A stretch of DNA of 64,000 nt from Felis catus (taxonomy: Eukaryota): positions 146,136,001-146,200,000 of the forward strand of contig NC_058368.1 in the NCBI RefSeq assembly GCF_018350175.1, read 5' to 3'. Under the pieces are notes generated by a model. It was not told the DNA's origin. It saw only the letters and a list, made by a program, of their open reading frames with translations, and did no database searches. The translations under genes and the position numbers were made by a program. Every line of letters starts with the position of its first letter. Within the stretch, counting starts at the first letter, position 1. Of this stretch, positions 13,546-26,120 are shown in pieces.

Positions 13546-14784
13546 TTGGATTAGGCTTCTTTTTTTCTTTGTTCTTTTCTTTCTTTTTGTACCTTTGTTT
13601 TCTTTGGAATCAGACTTATAGTCCTTTGATTGTTTGTTTTTCTTTCATTCCTTTTCATTTTCTCTTTTTCTAGAATCACGATTTTTTTTTCTTTACTCAG
13701 TTTTATTTTAACAAACAAAGACACCTAGTTAAAGGTCCAAACACTCCCCACTGCAAGCAAGGAGGAGTACTGCAGTGGACTGATCAGTGGGAAAGAGCAG
13801 CCAAAATGCAACAGAAGAGTGCACACAGCATACACCAGAAACACTTCGACAGTGTATGACCTCTTTTTGACCTCTTTTTAATATAGCATTACTCTCAGGT
13901 GCAGGAAACATAACAACCTTTCAGAATACACAAAAGACAGAAACTTAGCCATAACGACAAGAAAGAGGAATTCTCCCCAAAAGAAGGGTCAAGAAGAAAT
14001 CATAGGGAGAGACTTGCTCATAACAGATATAAGCAATATATCTGAATAGGAATTTAGAACAACAGTCATAAGACTACTAGCTGGGCTTGAAAAAGGCATA
14101 AAAGACACCAGAGAAAACCGTGCTGCAGAGCTCAAAGACCTAAAAATTAGTCAGGCTGAAATAAAAAAAAATAAATAAAAGGTATATCTGAGATGCAAAA
14201 CCAACTGAATACAGTCACAATGAGGACTGAAGAAGCAGAGGAGAGAATAGGTGATACAGAAGATAACATTCTGGAAAACAGAAGCTGAAAAGAAGAGCGA
14301 ATATTAGATCACGAGGCGAGACCTAGGGAACTTAGTGATTCCATAGAAACAATATCACAGGAATCCCAGAAGAAGAAGAGTGGGAAAAGGGGGCAAAAGA
14401 TTTATTTGAACAAATTTAGCTGAGAACTTCCCTAATTTGGGGAAGGAAACAGGCATCCAAGTCCAAGAGGCTCAGTGAACTGACCTCAAAATCAACAAAA
14501 ACAGGTCAATACAACAATATAGCATAGTGAAACTTGCAAACTACAAAGATAAAGAGAGAACTCTGAAAGAAGTTAAGGACTAGCAGCAGACCTGTCCACT
14601 GAAACTTGGCAGGACAGAAGGGGGTGGTGGGAAATATTCAACATGCTGAATGAGAAAAATATGCAGTCAAGAATTCTTTATCCAGCAATGCTGTCATTCA
14701 GAGTAGAAGGAGAGATAAAGAGTTTCCCAGACAAACAAAAGCTAAAGGAGTCCATGACTACTAAACTAGCTCTGCAAGAATTTT

Positions 14785-17700
14785 TTTTTTAATATATGAA
14801 ATTTATTGTCACATTGGTTTCCATACAACACCCAGTGCACATCCCAAAAGATGCCCTCTTCAGTACCCATCACCCACCCTCCCCTCCCTCCCACCCCCCA
14901 TCAACCCTCAGTTTGTTCTGTTTTTAAGAGTCTCTTATGCTTTGGCTCTCTCCCACTCTAACCTCTTTTTTTTTTCCTTCCCCTCCCCCATGGGTTTCTG
15001 TTAAGTTTCTCAGGATCCACATAAGAGTGAAAACATATGATATCTGTCTGTCTCTGTATGGTTTATTTCACTTAGCATCACACTCTCCAGTTCCATCCAA
15101 GTTGCTACAAAGGGCCATATTTCATTCTTTCTCATTGCCCTGTAGTACTCCATTGTGTATATAAACCACAATTTCTTTATCCATTCATCAGTTGATGGAC
15201 ATTTAGGCTCTTTCCATAATTTGGCTATTGTTGAGAGTGCTGCTATAAACATTGGGGTACAAGTGCCCCTATGCCTCAGTACTCCTGTATCCCTTGGGGA
15301 AATTCCTAGCAGTGCTACTGCTGGGTCATAGGGTAGGTCTATTTTTAATTTTTTGAAGAACCTCCACACTGTTTTCCAGAGTGGCTGCCCCAGTTTGCGT
15401 TCCCACCAACAGTGCAAGAGGGTTCCCGTTTCTCCACATCCTCTCCAGTATCTATAGTCTCCCGATTTGTTCATTTTGGCCACTCTGACTGGCGTGAGGT
15501 GACATCTGAGTGTGGTTTTGATTTGTATTTCCCTGATGAGGAGCGACGTTGAGCATCTTTTCATGTGTCTGTTGGCCATCCGGATGTTTTCTTTAGAGAA
15601 GTGTCTATTCATGTTTTCTGCCCATTTCTTCACTGGATTATTTGTTTTTTTGGCTGTGGAGTTTGGTGAGCTCTTTATAGATTTTGGATACTAGCCCTTT
15701 GTCTGATAGGTCATTTGCAAATATCTTTTCCCATTCCATTGGTTGCCTTTTAGTTTTGTTGGTTGTTTCCTTTGCTGTGCAGAAGCTTTTTATCTTCATG
15801 AGGTCCCAATAGTTCATTTTTGCTTTTAATTCCCTTGCCTTTGGAGATGTGTCAAGGAAGAAATTGCTGTGGCTGAGGTCAGAGAGGTCTTTTCCTGCTT
15901 TCTCCTCTAGGGTTTTGATAGTTTCCTGTGTCACTTTCAGGCCCTTTATCCATTTTGAGTTTATTTTTGTGAATGGTGTGAGAAAGTGGTCTAGTTTCAA
16001 CCTTTTGCATGTTGCTGTCCAGTTCTCCCAGCACCATTTGTTAAAGAGACTGTCTTTTATCCATTAGATATTCTTTCCTGCTTTGTCAAAGATTAGTTGG
16101 CTATACTTTTGTGGGTCCAATTCTGGACTCTCTATTCCATTGGTCTATGTGTCTGTTTTTGTGCCAATACCATGCTGTCTTGATGATGACAGCTTTGTAG
16201 TAGAGGCTAAAGTCTGGGATTGTGATGCCTTCCACTTTGGTTTTCTCCTTCAATATTACTTTGGCTATCTGGGGTCTTTTGTGGTTCCATACAAATTTTA
16301 GGATTGTTTGTTCTAGTTTTGAGAAGAATGCTGGTGCAATTTTGATTGGGATTGCATTGAATGTGTAGATAGCTTTGGGTAGTATTGACATTTTGAAAAT
16401 ATTTCTTCTTCCAATCCATGAGCATGGAATGTTTTTCCATTTCTTTATATCTTCTTCAATTTCCTTCATAAGCTTTCTATAGTTTTCAGCATACAGATCT
16501 TTTACATCTTTGGTTAGATTTATTTCTAGGTATTTTATGCTTCTTGGTGCAATTGTGAATGGGATCAGTGTCTTTGTTTGTCTTTCTGTTGCTTCATTAT
16601 TAGTGTATAAGAATGCAACTGATTTCTGTACAATGATTTTGTATCCTGCAACTTTGCTGAATTCATGTATCAGTTCTAGCAGACTTTTGGTGGAGTCTAT
16701 CGGATTTTCCATGTATAAGATCATGTCATCTGCAAAAAGTGAAAGCTTGACTTCATCTTTGCCAATTTTGATGCCTTTGATTTCCTTTTGTTGTCTGATT
16801 GCTGATGCTAGCACTTCCAACACTATGTTAAACAACAGTGGTGAGAGTGGACATCGCTGTCGTGATCCTGATCTCAGGGAAAAAGCTCTCAGTTTTTCCC
16901 CATTGAGGATGATGTTAGCTGTGGCCTTTTCATAAATGGCTTTTGTGATGTTTAAGTATGTTCCTTCTATCCCGACTTTCTCGAGGGTTTTTATTAAGAA
17001 AGGATGCTGAATTTTGTCACATGCCTTTTCTGCATCGATTGACAGGATCATATGGTTCTTATCTTTTCTTTTCTTTTATTAATGTGATGTATCACGTTGA
17101 TTGATTTGCGAATGTTGAACCAGCCCTGCATCCCAGGAATGAATCCCACTTGATCATGGTGAATAATTCTTTTTATATGCTGTTGAATTCGACTTGCTAG
17201 TATCTTATTAAAAATTTTTGCATCCATATTCATCAGGGATATTGGCCTGTAGTTCTCTTTTTTTACTGGGTCTCTGTCTGGTTTAGGAATCAAAGTAATA
17301 CTGGCTTTATAGAATGAGTCTGGAAGTTTTCCTTCCCTTTCTATTTTTTGGAATAGCTTGAGAAGGATAGGTATTATCTCTGCTTTAAACATCTGGTAGA
17401 ACTCCCCTGGGAAGCCATCTGGTCCTGGACTCTTATTTGTTGGGAGATTTTTGATGACTGCTTCAATTTCTTTGCTGGTTATGGGTCTGTTCAAACTTTC
17501 TACTTCCTCCTGATTGAGTTTTGGAAGTGTGTGGGTGTTTAGGAATTTGTCCATTTCTTCCAGGTTGTCCAGTTTGTTGGCATATAATTTTCCATAGTAT
17601 TCCCTGATAATTGCTTGTATCTCTGAGGGATTGGTTGTAATAATTCCATTTTCATTCATGATTTTATCTATTTGGATAATCTCCCTTTTCTTTTTGAGAA

Positions 17701-19238
17701 GCCTGGCTAGAGGTTTATCAATTTTCTTTATTTTTTCAAAAAACCTCCTCTTAGTTTCATTGATCTGGTCTACAGTTTTTTTAGATTCTATATTGTTTAT
17801 TTCTGCTCTGATCTTTATTATTTGTCTTCTTCTGCTGGGTTTAGGCTGTCTTTGCTGTTCTGCTTATATTTCCTTTAGGTGTGCTGTTAGATTTTGTATT
17901 TGGGGTTTTTCTTGTTTCTTGAGATAGGCCTGGATTGCAATGTATTTTCCTCTCAGGACTGCCTTCGCTGCATCCCAAAGCGTTTGGATTGTTGTATTTT
18001 CATTTTCGTTTGTTTCCATATATTTCTTAATTTCTTCTCTAATTGCCTGGTTGACCCACTCATTCGTTAGTAGGTTTGCAGCTTGTTTATAGCATTTTTT
18101 AACTCCTCCTGGCTGTTCCTTAGTCCCTTGATCTGTGTAGCAATAGATTCTCTGCTATCCTCTATACTGTTTTCAAGTCCAGCGATTAATGTTATGACTA
18201 TTATTTTAAATTCACTTCCGTTATATTGTTTAAATCGTTTTTGATCAACTCATTAGCTGTCTCTACTTCCTGGAGTTTCTTTTGAGGGGAATTCTTCTGC
18301 TTGGTCATTTTGGATAGTCCCTGGAGTGGTGTGGAACTGCGGGGCACTTCCCCTGTGCTGTCTTGAATAACTTGTGTTGGTGGGTGGGGCCGCAGTCAGA
18401 CCTGATGTCTGCCCCCTGCCCACCGCTGAGGCCACAGTCAGACTGGTGTGTACCTTCTCTTCCCCTCTCCTAGGGGCGAGATTCATTGTGGGGTGGTGTG
18501 GCCCCTGTCTGGGGTACTTGCACACTGCCAGGCTTGTGGTGCTGGGGATCTGGCATATTAGCTGGGGTGGATCACCAAGTGCACAGGGGCAGGAGGGGCA
18601 GGCTCAGCTCGCTTTTCCTTCGAAGATCCACTTCAGGAGGGGCCCTGTGGCACCAGGATGGAGTCAGACCTGCTGGAGGGATGGATCTGTAGAAGCACAG
18701 CATTGGGTGTTTGCGTGGTGCCAGCAAGTTCCCTGACAGGAACTGATTACCTTTGGTATTTTGCCTGGGGGGTGGGTGAGGGAGATGGCACTGGCCAGCA
18801 CCTTTGTTTCCCACCAAGCTGAGCTCTGTCTTCCGGGGCTCAACACCTCTCCCTCCCAGTGTCCTCTCGCCGGCCGGCTCTCCCAGCAGAGCTGTTAACT
18901 TATAACCTTCCAGATATTAAGTCCCGCTTGCTGTCAGAACATACTCTGTCCGGCCCCTCTGCTTTTGCCAGCCAGACTCAGGGGCTCTGCTTGGCCGGCA
19001 GGCCGCCCCTCCGCCCCGGCTCCCTCCCGCCAGTCCGTGTAGCGTGCACCGCCTCTCCGCCCTTCCTACCCTCTTCCGTGGGCCTCTTGTCTACATACGC
19101 TTGGCTCTGGAGAATCCGTCCTGCTAGTCTTCTGGTGGTTTTCTGGGTTATTTAGGCAGGTGTGGTGGCATCTAAGTGATCAGCAGGATGCGGCAAGCCC
19201 AGCGTCCCCCTATGCTGCCATCTTCTCCTCACCTGTCA
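14785..19238 (-). mobile_element. Younger felid L1 with intact 5' end and poly(A) but an internal deletion
   Basis: 5' start gaggagaagatggcagc at ~19230; GC/CpG-rich 5'UTR; long ORF2 pieces (203, 316, 120, 207 aa) incl. [14 protein letters not shown] tctgcaagaa(a)tttt at 14771 and 19239. Confidence 0.97.
15010..18074 (-). pseudogene. L1 ORF2 (RT and C-terminal region, EN missing), disrupted
   Basis: Consecutive ORFs 17048-17659, 16101-17051, 15638-16000, 15010-15633 with RT motif FADD and HCWWE C-terminal motif. Confidence 0.93.
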
Positions 19239-19605
19239 TCTGCAAGAAATTTTAAGGGGAATTGTCTGAGGAGAGAAAAATTAAAAGACCAAATCAACAA
19301 AGACTACAAAGGACCATAGAACATTACCAGAAATACCAACTTTCCAGGTAACACAATGGCACTAAATTCATATCTTTCAGTAACCAGTCTGAATGTAAAT
19401 AGACTAAATGCTCTAATCAAAAGACATAGGGAATCAGAAAAAAAAACAAACACTAAGATCCATCTATATGCTGCTTACAAGAGAGTCATTTCAGACCTAA
19501 AGATACCTATAGATTGAAAGTGAGGGGATGAAGAACCATCATCATGCTAATGGATGTCAAAAGAAAGCTGGAGTAGCCATACTTCTATCAGAAAAACTAG
19601 ATTTT

Positions 19606-19820
19606 ATTTTTTTTAAGTTTATTTATTTTTGATATATGGAGAGAGAGATAGAGCATGAGCAGGGGAGGAGCAGAGAGAGAGGGAGCCATAGAACTCAAAG
19701 CAGGCTCCAGGCTCTACACTGTCAGCATAGAGCCCGACATGGGGCTTAAACTCACAAACTGTGAGGTCATGACCTGAGCTGAAGTTGGGGGCTCAACTGA
19801 CTGAGCCACCCAGGCGCCCC
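19606..19820 (-). mobile_element. SINEC inserted in L1 EN region
   Basis: Full SINE body; TSD aga(a/c)aaactagatttt at 19590-19605 and 19821-19836. Confidence 0.95.
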
Positions 19821-20234
19821 AGACAAACTAGATTTTAAAACAAAGACTGTGACAAGAGATGAAGGGCCTTATATCATAATTAAGGTGTCTATCCATCAAG
19901 AAGAGCTAACACTTCTAAATATTTATGCCCCAACTTAGAAGAACCCAAATATATAAATCAATTAATAACAAACTTAAACTCATTGACAATAATACAATAA
20001 TAGTAGGGGACATTAATACCCCACCTACAACAATGGACAGATCATCTAAACAGAAAATCAGGAAACAATGGCTTTGAATGACACACTGGACCAGATGGAC
20101 TTAACAGATATATTCAGAACATTTCATCCTAAAGCAGCGGAATACACATTCTTCTCAAGTGCACATGGAACATTCTCCAGAATAGATCATATACTGGGTC
20201 ACAAATCCGCCCTCAACAGGTTCAGAGTATATTT

Positions 20235-21720
20235 AAATGCAATACAAAATCTAAAACAAATGTGGATCTGAATGTGACCAAATAAAATAGAAATTTTTTA
20301 AATGCTGGCAATATGGAAATGATACAGGTAAGAAAAATTATGAGAGAAAAAGAAAAGGAAATAGGAAACCAGAGTAAATTTCCCCTTTGACCCTTTTAAA
20401 AAAAGTGAAAGCTAAGTCTATTTAACAGTAACAATGAACATTTAGGAAAGATAATATTAAATTGGGTGGTATAAGTTAGGAAGAGTAAAGAAAGAGAAAA
20501 GAAAACATCAGTTCTGCATTGCTTATAGGAGTAACTAACATAGACAGTCTAAAGAAATAAAGAACTAAAAGTGTTGTATATAGTAATAATTATAAAAGTA
20601 AGTCTCTGGTTGAAAATACAGAACTTTCTAAATAATGAAAGGGAACAAAGACCAAGCCAATCTATTCTATCAGTGAAAGTAAACAGACTTAACTTACATA
20701 CATCAAAAAAAATTTTTTAGATTAAATCACATAGCAAAACCTAACCCCATACTATTGAAAAGAAATACAGTTAAAAAGAAACAAAGATTCACAAAGGTTG
20801 AAAATAAAAGGTTGGGCAATAATATACCAGGCAACTGGAAACAAACTAAAGCAGTTCTCATGATTTGGAATTTAGATTAAAAAAGCATTAAATGAACCCA
20901 GGAAGGACATTTAATGGTGGAAATGGTAGAAAATGGTAGAGAAGTAAGTGAATATGTAATGAAAATAAAACTGATAATAGCTATGCCACAATAACCTAGC
21001 AGTGACATTAAAAAAAGCATAAGTTAAAGGAATTTGTGAAGAAGTAAATAGTAGCACACTAATAATACAACTAATTTCCTTTTTTTAAGTCTATGACATC
21101 TCAAGCACATACATAATAAAGATATGAAAGACTGCAGTAACATAAGACAACTCTAATTGATATATATCAAGCTCTGTATACTACAAAGGGAGAATACATC
21201 TTCTTGCCTTGAACATTCATAAATGTTGCCATCATTACACTGCAATAAAAGCATTAACAAATTCTAAAAGATAGAAGTAGTACTTAGAACATTCTTTACT
21301 TACAATGCAATTAGATTAGAAATGAATAATAAAACTTCATACCTCACACTGACTCCAGGATAAATGCCAAAAAATCAAATATAAAAGTACTAGAAGAAAC
21401 TCTGAGAGATCCATTTAAATCTTGTAATTTTTCAATTATGACTAAAAACATAGATGTCATAAAACATAAGTAATATATTCAAATGTGTAAAATAGAACAA
21501 TATTATGCATGTAAAAAAAAGATACAAGCAAAGTCTAATTACAATGATAATTTTGGAGAATGCTACATATTATAAATAAAAGTTAATTTCTCTAATACAT
21601 AAGAAGCCATTAGAAGTTGATTTTTAAAAGAGCAATACCTTAGTAGAAAAAAAAATGGGTAAAATGTACCAGAACACCATTCATAGAGTAAATACAAACA
21701 GTTCTTAAACATATAAAATT
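20235..21720 (+). mobile_element. Ancient L1M fragments (spacer, EN region, later ORF2), right part of host element
   Basis: aggttgaaaataaaaggttgggcaataatataccaggca reads RLKIKGWAIIYQA, like L1 EN; heavily decayed. Confidence 0.65.
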
Positions 21721-21935
21721 CCCTGATAAATGAAATAGTATAGCAGTTTAGAATAAGTTAGGAGTAAATTGGATGGATTAAATTTTGTTGTTCAATCCAA
21801 TTATTAACAACTATACCAGATTGTTTCATAACATTACATGAATAACATGAATAATAGATGTTAAATAAACAATAAATGAATTGCAGACTTGTTTTTCGTC
21901 TCTTTGTTACATAGTTTGTAAGAAATGTAACTTTC

Positions 21936-22440
21936 TGTATCATTTATCTATTGCTGTGTAACAAACCAAGCCAAAATTTAGTGACTTAAGCACTAAAGAT
22001 GTATTATTGCTCACAAGTCTATGGGTTTCATAGGCAGTTCTCATGGTCTGGGCCATGCTAGCTGACCTTCGTTTTAGCTTACCTATGCATCTGCAGTCAG
22101 TGGAGGTTGGTTGTTGGTTGGGACAAGAGAAAGTACTGGGCATAGGTCTTTAATCATCTAACAGCAAGCTCACACTTGTTCTTCTTCACATAGTTGTGAG
22201 AGAATTTCAAGAGTGTGGGGAAGCACGTAAGACCTGTAGAGGCCTAGATTCAGAACTGGCACCATCACTTTTGTGCATTTTATAAGCCAGAGAAAGTCTT
22301 TGGACCAGCTCAGATTCTACTTGAGAGGAAACAGACTCCCAGTCTTGATGGGGAAAGTATCAAATATGTATTCCAAAGGGCATGGACTACATAGGAGGGG
22401 TCAGGAATTTAGAATATTTTTGCAATCATTCTGCCATACA
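21936..22440 (-). mobile_element. MaLR solo LTR (MLT1F/G/H-like)
   Basis: Starts tgtatcatttatctattgctgtgtaacaaac...aaaatttagtgacttaa, ends ctgccataca. Confidence 0.7.
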
Positions 22441-22453
22441 TTCTAAATGTGCC

Positions 22454-22519
22454 CTACGACAAACTGAGAAAAATGACAATGTAGCACTACGACAAACTGA
22501 GAAAAATGACAATGTAGCA
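22454..22519. repeat. Perfect 2 x 33-bp tandem duplication
   Basis: ctacgacaaactgagaaaaatgacaatgtagca repeated exactly. Confidence 0.97.
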
Positions 22520-25459
22520 AGGAGTATAAGAAATAGCAGGAGCACTGAACAGATACTAAAACAACAAACAGGCCCTTTATCTTTTTTTTTTTAATCCTCT
22601 CTCTCTCTCTCTCTCCCTAAAATTCTTTTACTCCATGTAATTAGACTTGCACACTCTCTCCATTCAATTCTCTTTTTTATGTCATCATGTTTATATATTC
22701 CTATCCCAACCCCTTCCTTTTTCCTGGTTTCTTTTCTTCAGCTTCTTTAGAAATGTATTATTCTCCTCACTCACAGTATGCGTTTGGAGCATTTACCTTT
22801 AAATAATTAATTTCATGGATTGCTATTATTTTGTTGTTGCTTTTTAATTGCTGATAGCTCCATGGTTTCATAATTCATGGTAATTTTTTTCTGGTATCAT
22901 TATCAGATCAGAAGAAATTTCTGACAATGATGCACAAGTGACTGACCTTTCTTTTATAGCATTTAAACATTTTTAAAATGTCTCTTTCATTAGATTATTT
23001 CATTTTCCCAAAAAAAGGAATCATAAAATAGTTGATGATTTCTGTTTGGTTTGCCATCATTTTGAGGAATTCCTTTAGTGCATCTAGGTCAGTATTGCTT
23101 GAATCTCAGCAACATGGCATTTTAAATGGAAAAAAATGTCATGAGCCATTAATGTTAACTATAATTTTTCATTATAATATTAATTGTGCACATACCAAAA
23201 ACTTAATTGCAAGCTGTTTTTTCAAAGTTGTAATACAACTATAAAATCAAAGCAGATTTACAAATCTGTGTACACAGAATTATAGAAACAATAAAATAAA
23301 AATTGAAATTAACAGATTATGTGACAAACTATATTTTACAGAAATGAAGTCACCATCCATGAGACAAGTAGAGAGATCACATGCCAACACCTCTGTAGGT
23401 CTTTTGAAGATTCAATTTTCTTTCCAAGTTTTTTTCAATTTGAAATTCTGCCTAATGATGTAATTTGTTCTTTACTTAGTAGGAAGCCATCATTTCTAAA
23501 TTATCTTTTGTTCTTTTTCTAACTAGCACAAAACAAAAACATAGGACTTTTGGCACTATTAAAAAAGTTGACAAAAATACAACTACAGCACCAAAATTAG
23601 ATGGTGTTGTTCAGCTATAATCTTTCTGAGTAGCAAAATAGGCTTTTATGAATTTTATTTTAGCTCATTGTTGAGTATAAGACACTGAATTTTAAAAAAT
23701 ATTGTTAGTATGCTTTCAGACTCCCATTTGAGAAACATTATTCTGGACTTTTAGAACCCTCAAAATTCCCTATAAGCATCTTCAGGTTATCAGACTTTGT
23801 GTTTTCTTTGTGGGCCAAGTCTAATCTTACGATATCCCATGATTCTTGCTGTCTGAGTCTCAGACTGTACACAAGAGTGCCATTCTGTGATTGGTTCTAA
23901 GGCTTACTTCGGGGTGGGAGTCTCAGGAATTTAATGCTTCCCCTTCTCTGAGAGTAATAAAGGATCTGAAGAGTGAAGCTCAGAGTGGCTTTCTGTGGAT
24001 TTAAAGGGGAGTCAGCTAAGACTTAGCAAGACCAGGATATGTAATCAGGGATCAGAATCTGAGCCCCGGTAGACAAATGGGAGAACTTTGGAGATGGAAA
24101 AGAGTAAAAACACTAAGGAATATAAAGATATGAAGTGTTATTATCAGTACATATTGCATACTATATATGTATGTTGAAGGGGGACTTGCAGATAATCTGT
24201 GGAAAGACCCAGTGTCACCCCCCCCCCAAAAAAAAAAAAACAAACAAACAAACTGGGATTCCACTAGTCTCATTCTGAGCATTCAAGCTGTAGAACCTCT
24301 GGGCTTTTATCAGATGCCTTACACACAGAAACTCACAACCCACTTGCTGGTCAGTTCCTTTTGTGATAATTGTCATGCCCTCTTCCATATGTGTCTCTTT
24401 TCTCTACCCACTTGTTCTAGAAATGCTGTGGAAGTCCCTTCAAGGCACTGTCTTTTCTGAAGGAAAAAAGATAACAGCAGGTGCTTGAGAGGTGTTTTCT
24501 CCACAAGAATAAAGATGGAAAATATTTTAGGTGTCTCTTAAAAGATAAAGTTAACATTTAAGCCATGACTAAGATCTGTAAATAGAATCAGCCAGTTCTT
24601 GACGACATTCTGCATGATTCTAAAAAAAAAAAAAAAAAAAAAAAATCAGATTAAAAGCTTCAGGAATTGAATTAGTGGTTGCTTATAATGTTTTGTCATA
24701 GAGAGCACTTTTAAGAAATGAGAACTAATAAAAATACTGGCCCAAACCATACTAATTTTACTGTAAAAATAAGATTAAAAAAAAAAAAAAAACAGAGCCA
24801 GTACAGTGTAGTAACTATACAGTTGTTATCACACAGGCCTGGTTTAGTGAAGGGAAACCACAAAAAAATTCTCATGTCTAGACCCAGAATTTAGGTTCCC
24901 CAAGAAGAATGCACTATAACTAACAGAAGTGAGGGTTTATCCCTGTTTTTGCTTAAATTTGCTATACTAACTCAGTTTTTTTTAAAGATGTGTCAAAGAT
25001 AGGTTTTCTCTTCTTGCACTTTATTTCTAAATTATGGTATTTAATTCAGTGCAATCCTCACTCCATAATATGCTAGCAGTAACTGGTGATACGCTACTAA
25101 TACTCTGGGGAGTTTTATTAGCTGTATGTCCTTGAAGCAAGGTGACAACTTAGCACCCTGCATCTTAAATAGTTATGGATCACACATAAGAGCAAATATT
25201 GTCCCATTATGTTTTTTCTACTTTAAGTTTTTTCAGCTTGATACCCCAAGAAATCTTATGCTGAACTGCAAGTTTTCTTTTTTTCTCATTGTAGATAGAA
25301 AGATACTACATGATTTGAGGCCTGCATGTTTTCAGATGCCTAACTACACACATACCCTATCTTATCACCACTAACATTTAAAATGTCTGGATGGCATATT
25401 TCCCCTGCACATTGCTCTTAGAAGTGGTCCTTGCTAACCAAGGAAATAGCTTTGATTCG

Positions 25460-25812
25460 TGTAGTAGACTGCTAGGGCTGCCATAACAAAATACCACACA
25501 CTGGGTGGCTTAAACAACAGAATTTTATTTTTTCACAGTTTAGGAGACTAGAAGTCCAAGATGAAAGTGTCTGAAGGACTGGTTTCTCCCAAGGCCTTTT
25601 CCCTTGGCTTGCAGATGGCCATCTTCTTGCTGTGTCCTCACATAGTCTTTTCTCTGTGTGTGAGCATCACTGGTGTCTCTTACTCTTCTTATAAAGACAC
25701 TAACTCTATTGGCCTAGGGTGCTCCCTGTGACCTCATTTAACTTTAATTATCTCTTTGAAAGTCTTATCTCTGAACATATAAATTTTGGAGGAACACACT
25801 TAGTCTACAACA
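25460..25812 (-). mobile_element. MaLR solo LTR (MLT1A/B-like)
   Basis: ctagggctgccataacaaaataccacacactgggtggcttaaacaacagaa...ggcttgcagatggccatcttc. Confidence 0.85.
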
Positions 25813-25906
25813 ACTTACAACCTTAATGAAATAATGTAGAAGCATCCCAGCAACAGATAAAAACAGCATCACATGTTTCCTCTAGACTCTACAGATCTTC
25901 TCATGA

Positions 25907-26120
25907 TTTTTAATGTTTATTTATTTTTGAGAGAGAGAGAGAGACAGACAGAGTGCAAGTGAGGGAGGGGCAGAGAGAGAGGGAGACACAGAATCTGAAG
26001 CAGCCTCCAGGCTCCAAGCTGTCAGCACAGAGCCTGACATGGGGCTTGAACTCACAAGCCATGAGATCATGACCTGGTCTGAAGTCGGATGCTTAACCGA
26101 CTAAGCCACCCAGGAGCCCC
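25907..26120 (-). mobile_element. SINEC
   Basis: Full SINE body; short flanking repeat atgattt. Confidence 0.95.

Larger units (their letters stand above)
12801..20223 (+). mobile_element. Inverted 5' part of the same carnivore L1 (5'UTR, ORF1, spacer, most of EN), split by later insertions
   Basis: ORF1-like sequence ~13954-14780 resuming at 19254; EN fragment DLTDIFRTFHPKAAEYTFFSSAHGTFSRIDHILGHK at 20068-20223. Confidence 0.9.

Noticed and set aside
16101..17051. 316-aa reverse transcriptase ORF as an active or novel RT system
   Set aside because: It is an ordinary L1 ORF2 fragment bounded by disruptions, in an element lacking EN
18850..19230. CpG-rich stretch as a host gene promoter
   Set aside because: It is the L1 5'UTR internal promoter region
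22454..22519. Direct repeats as a CRISPR-like array
   Set aside because: Two adjacent copies with no spacers, in mammalian DNA
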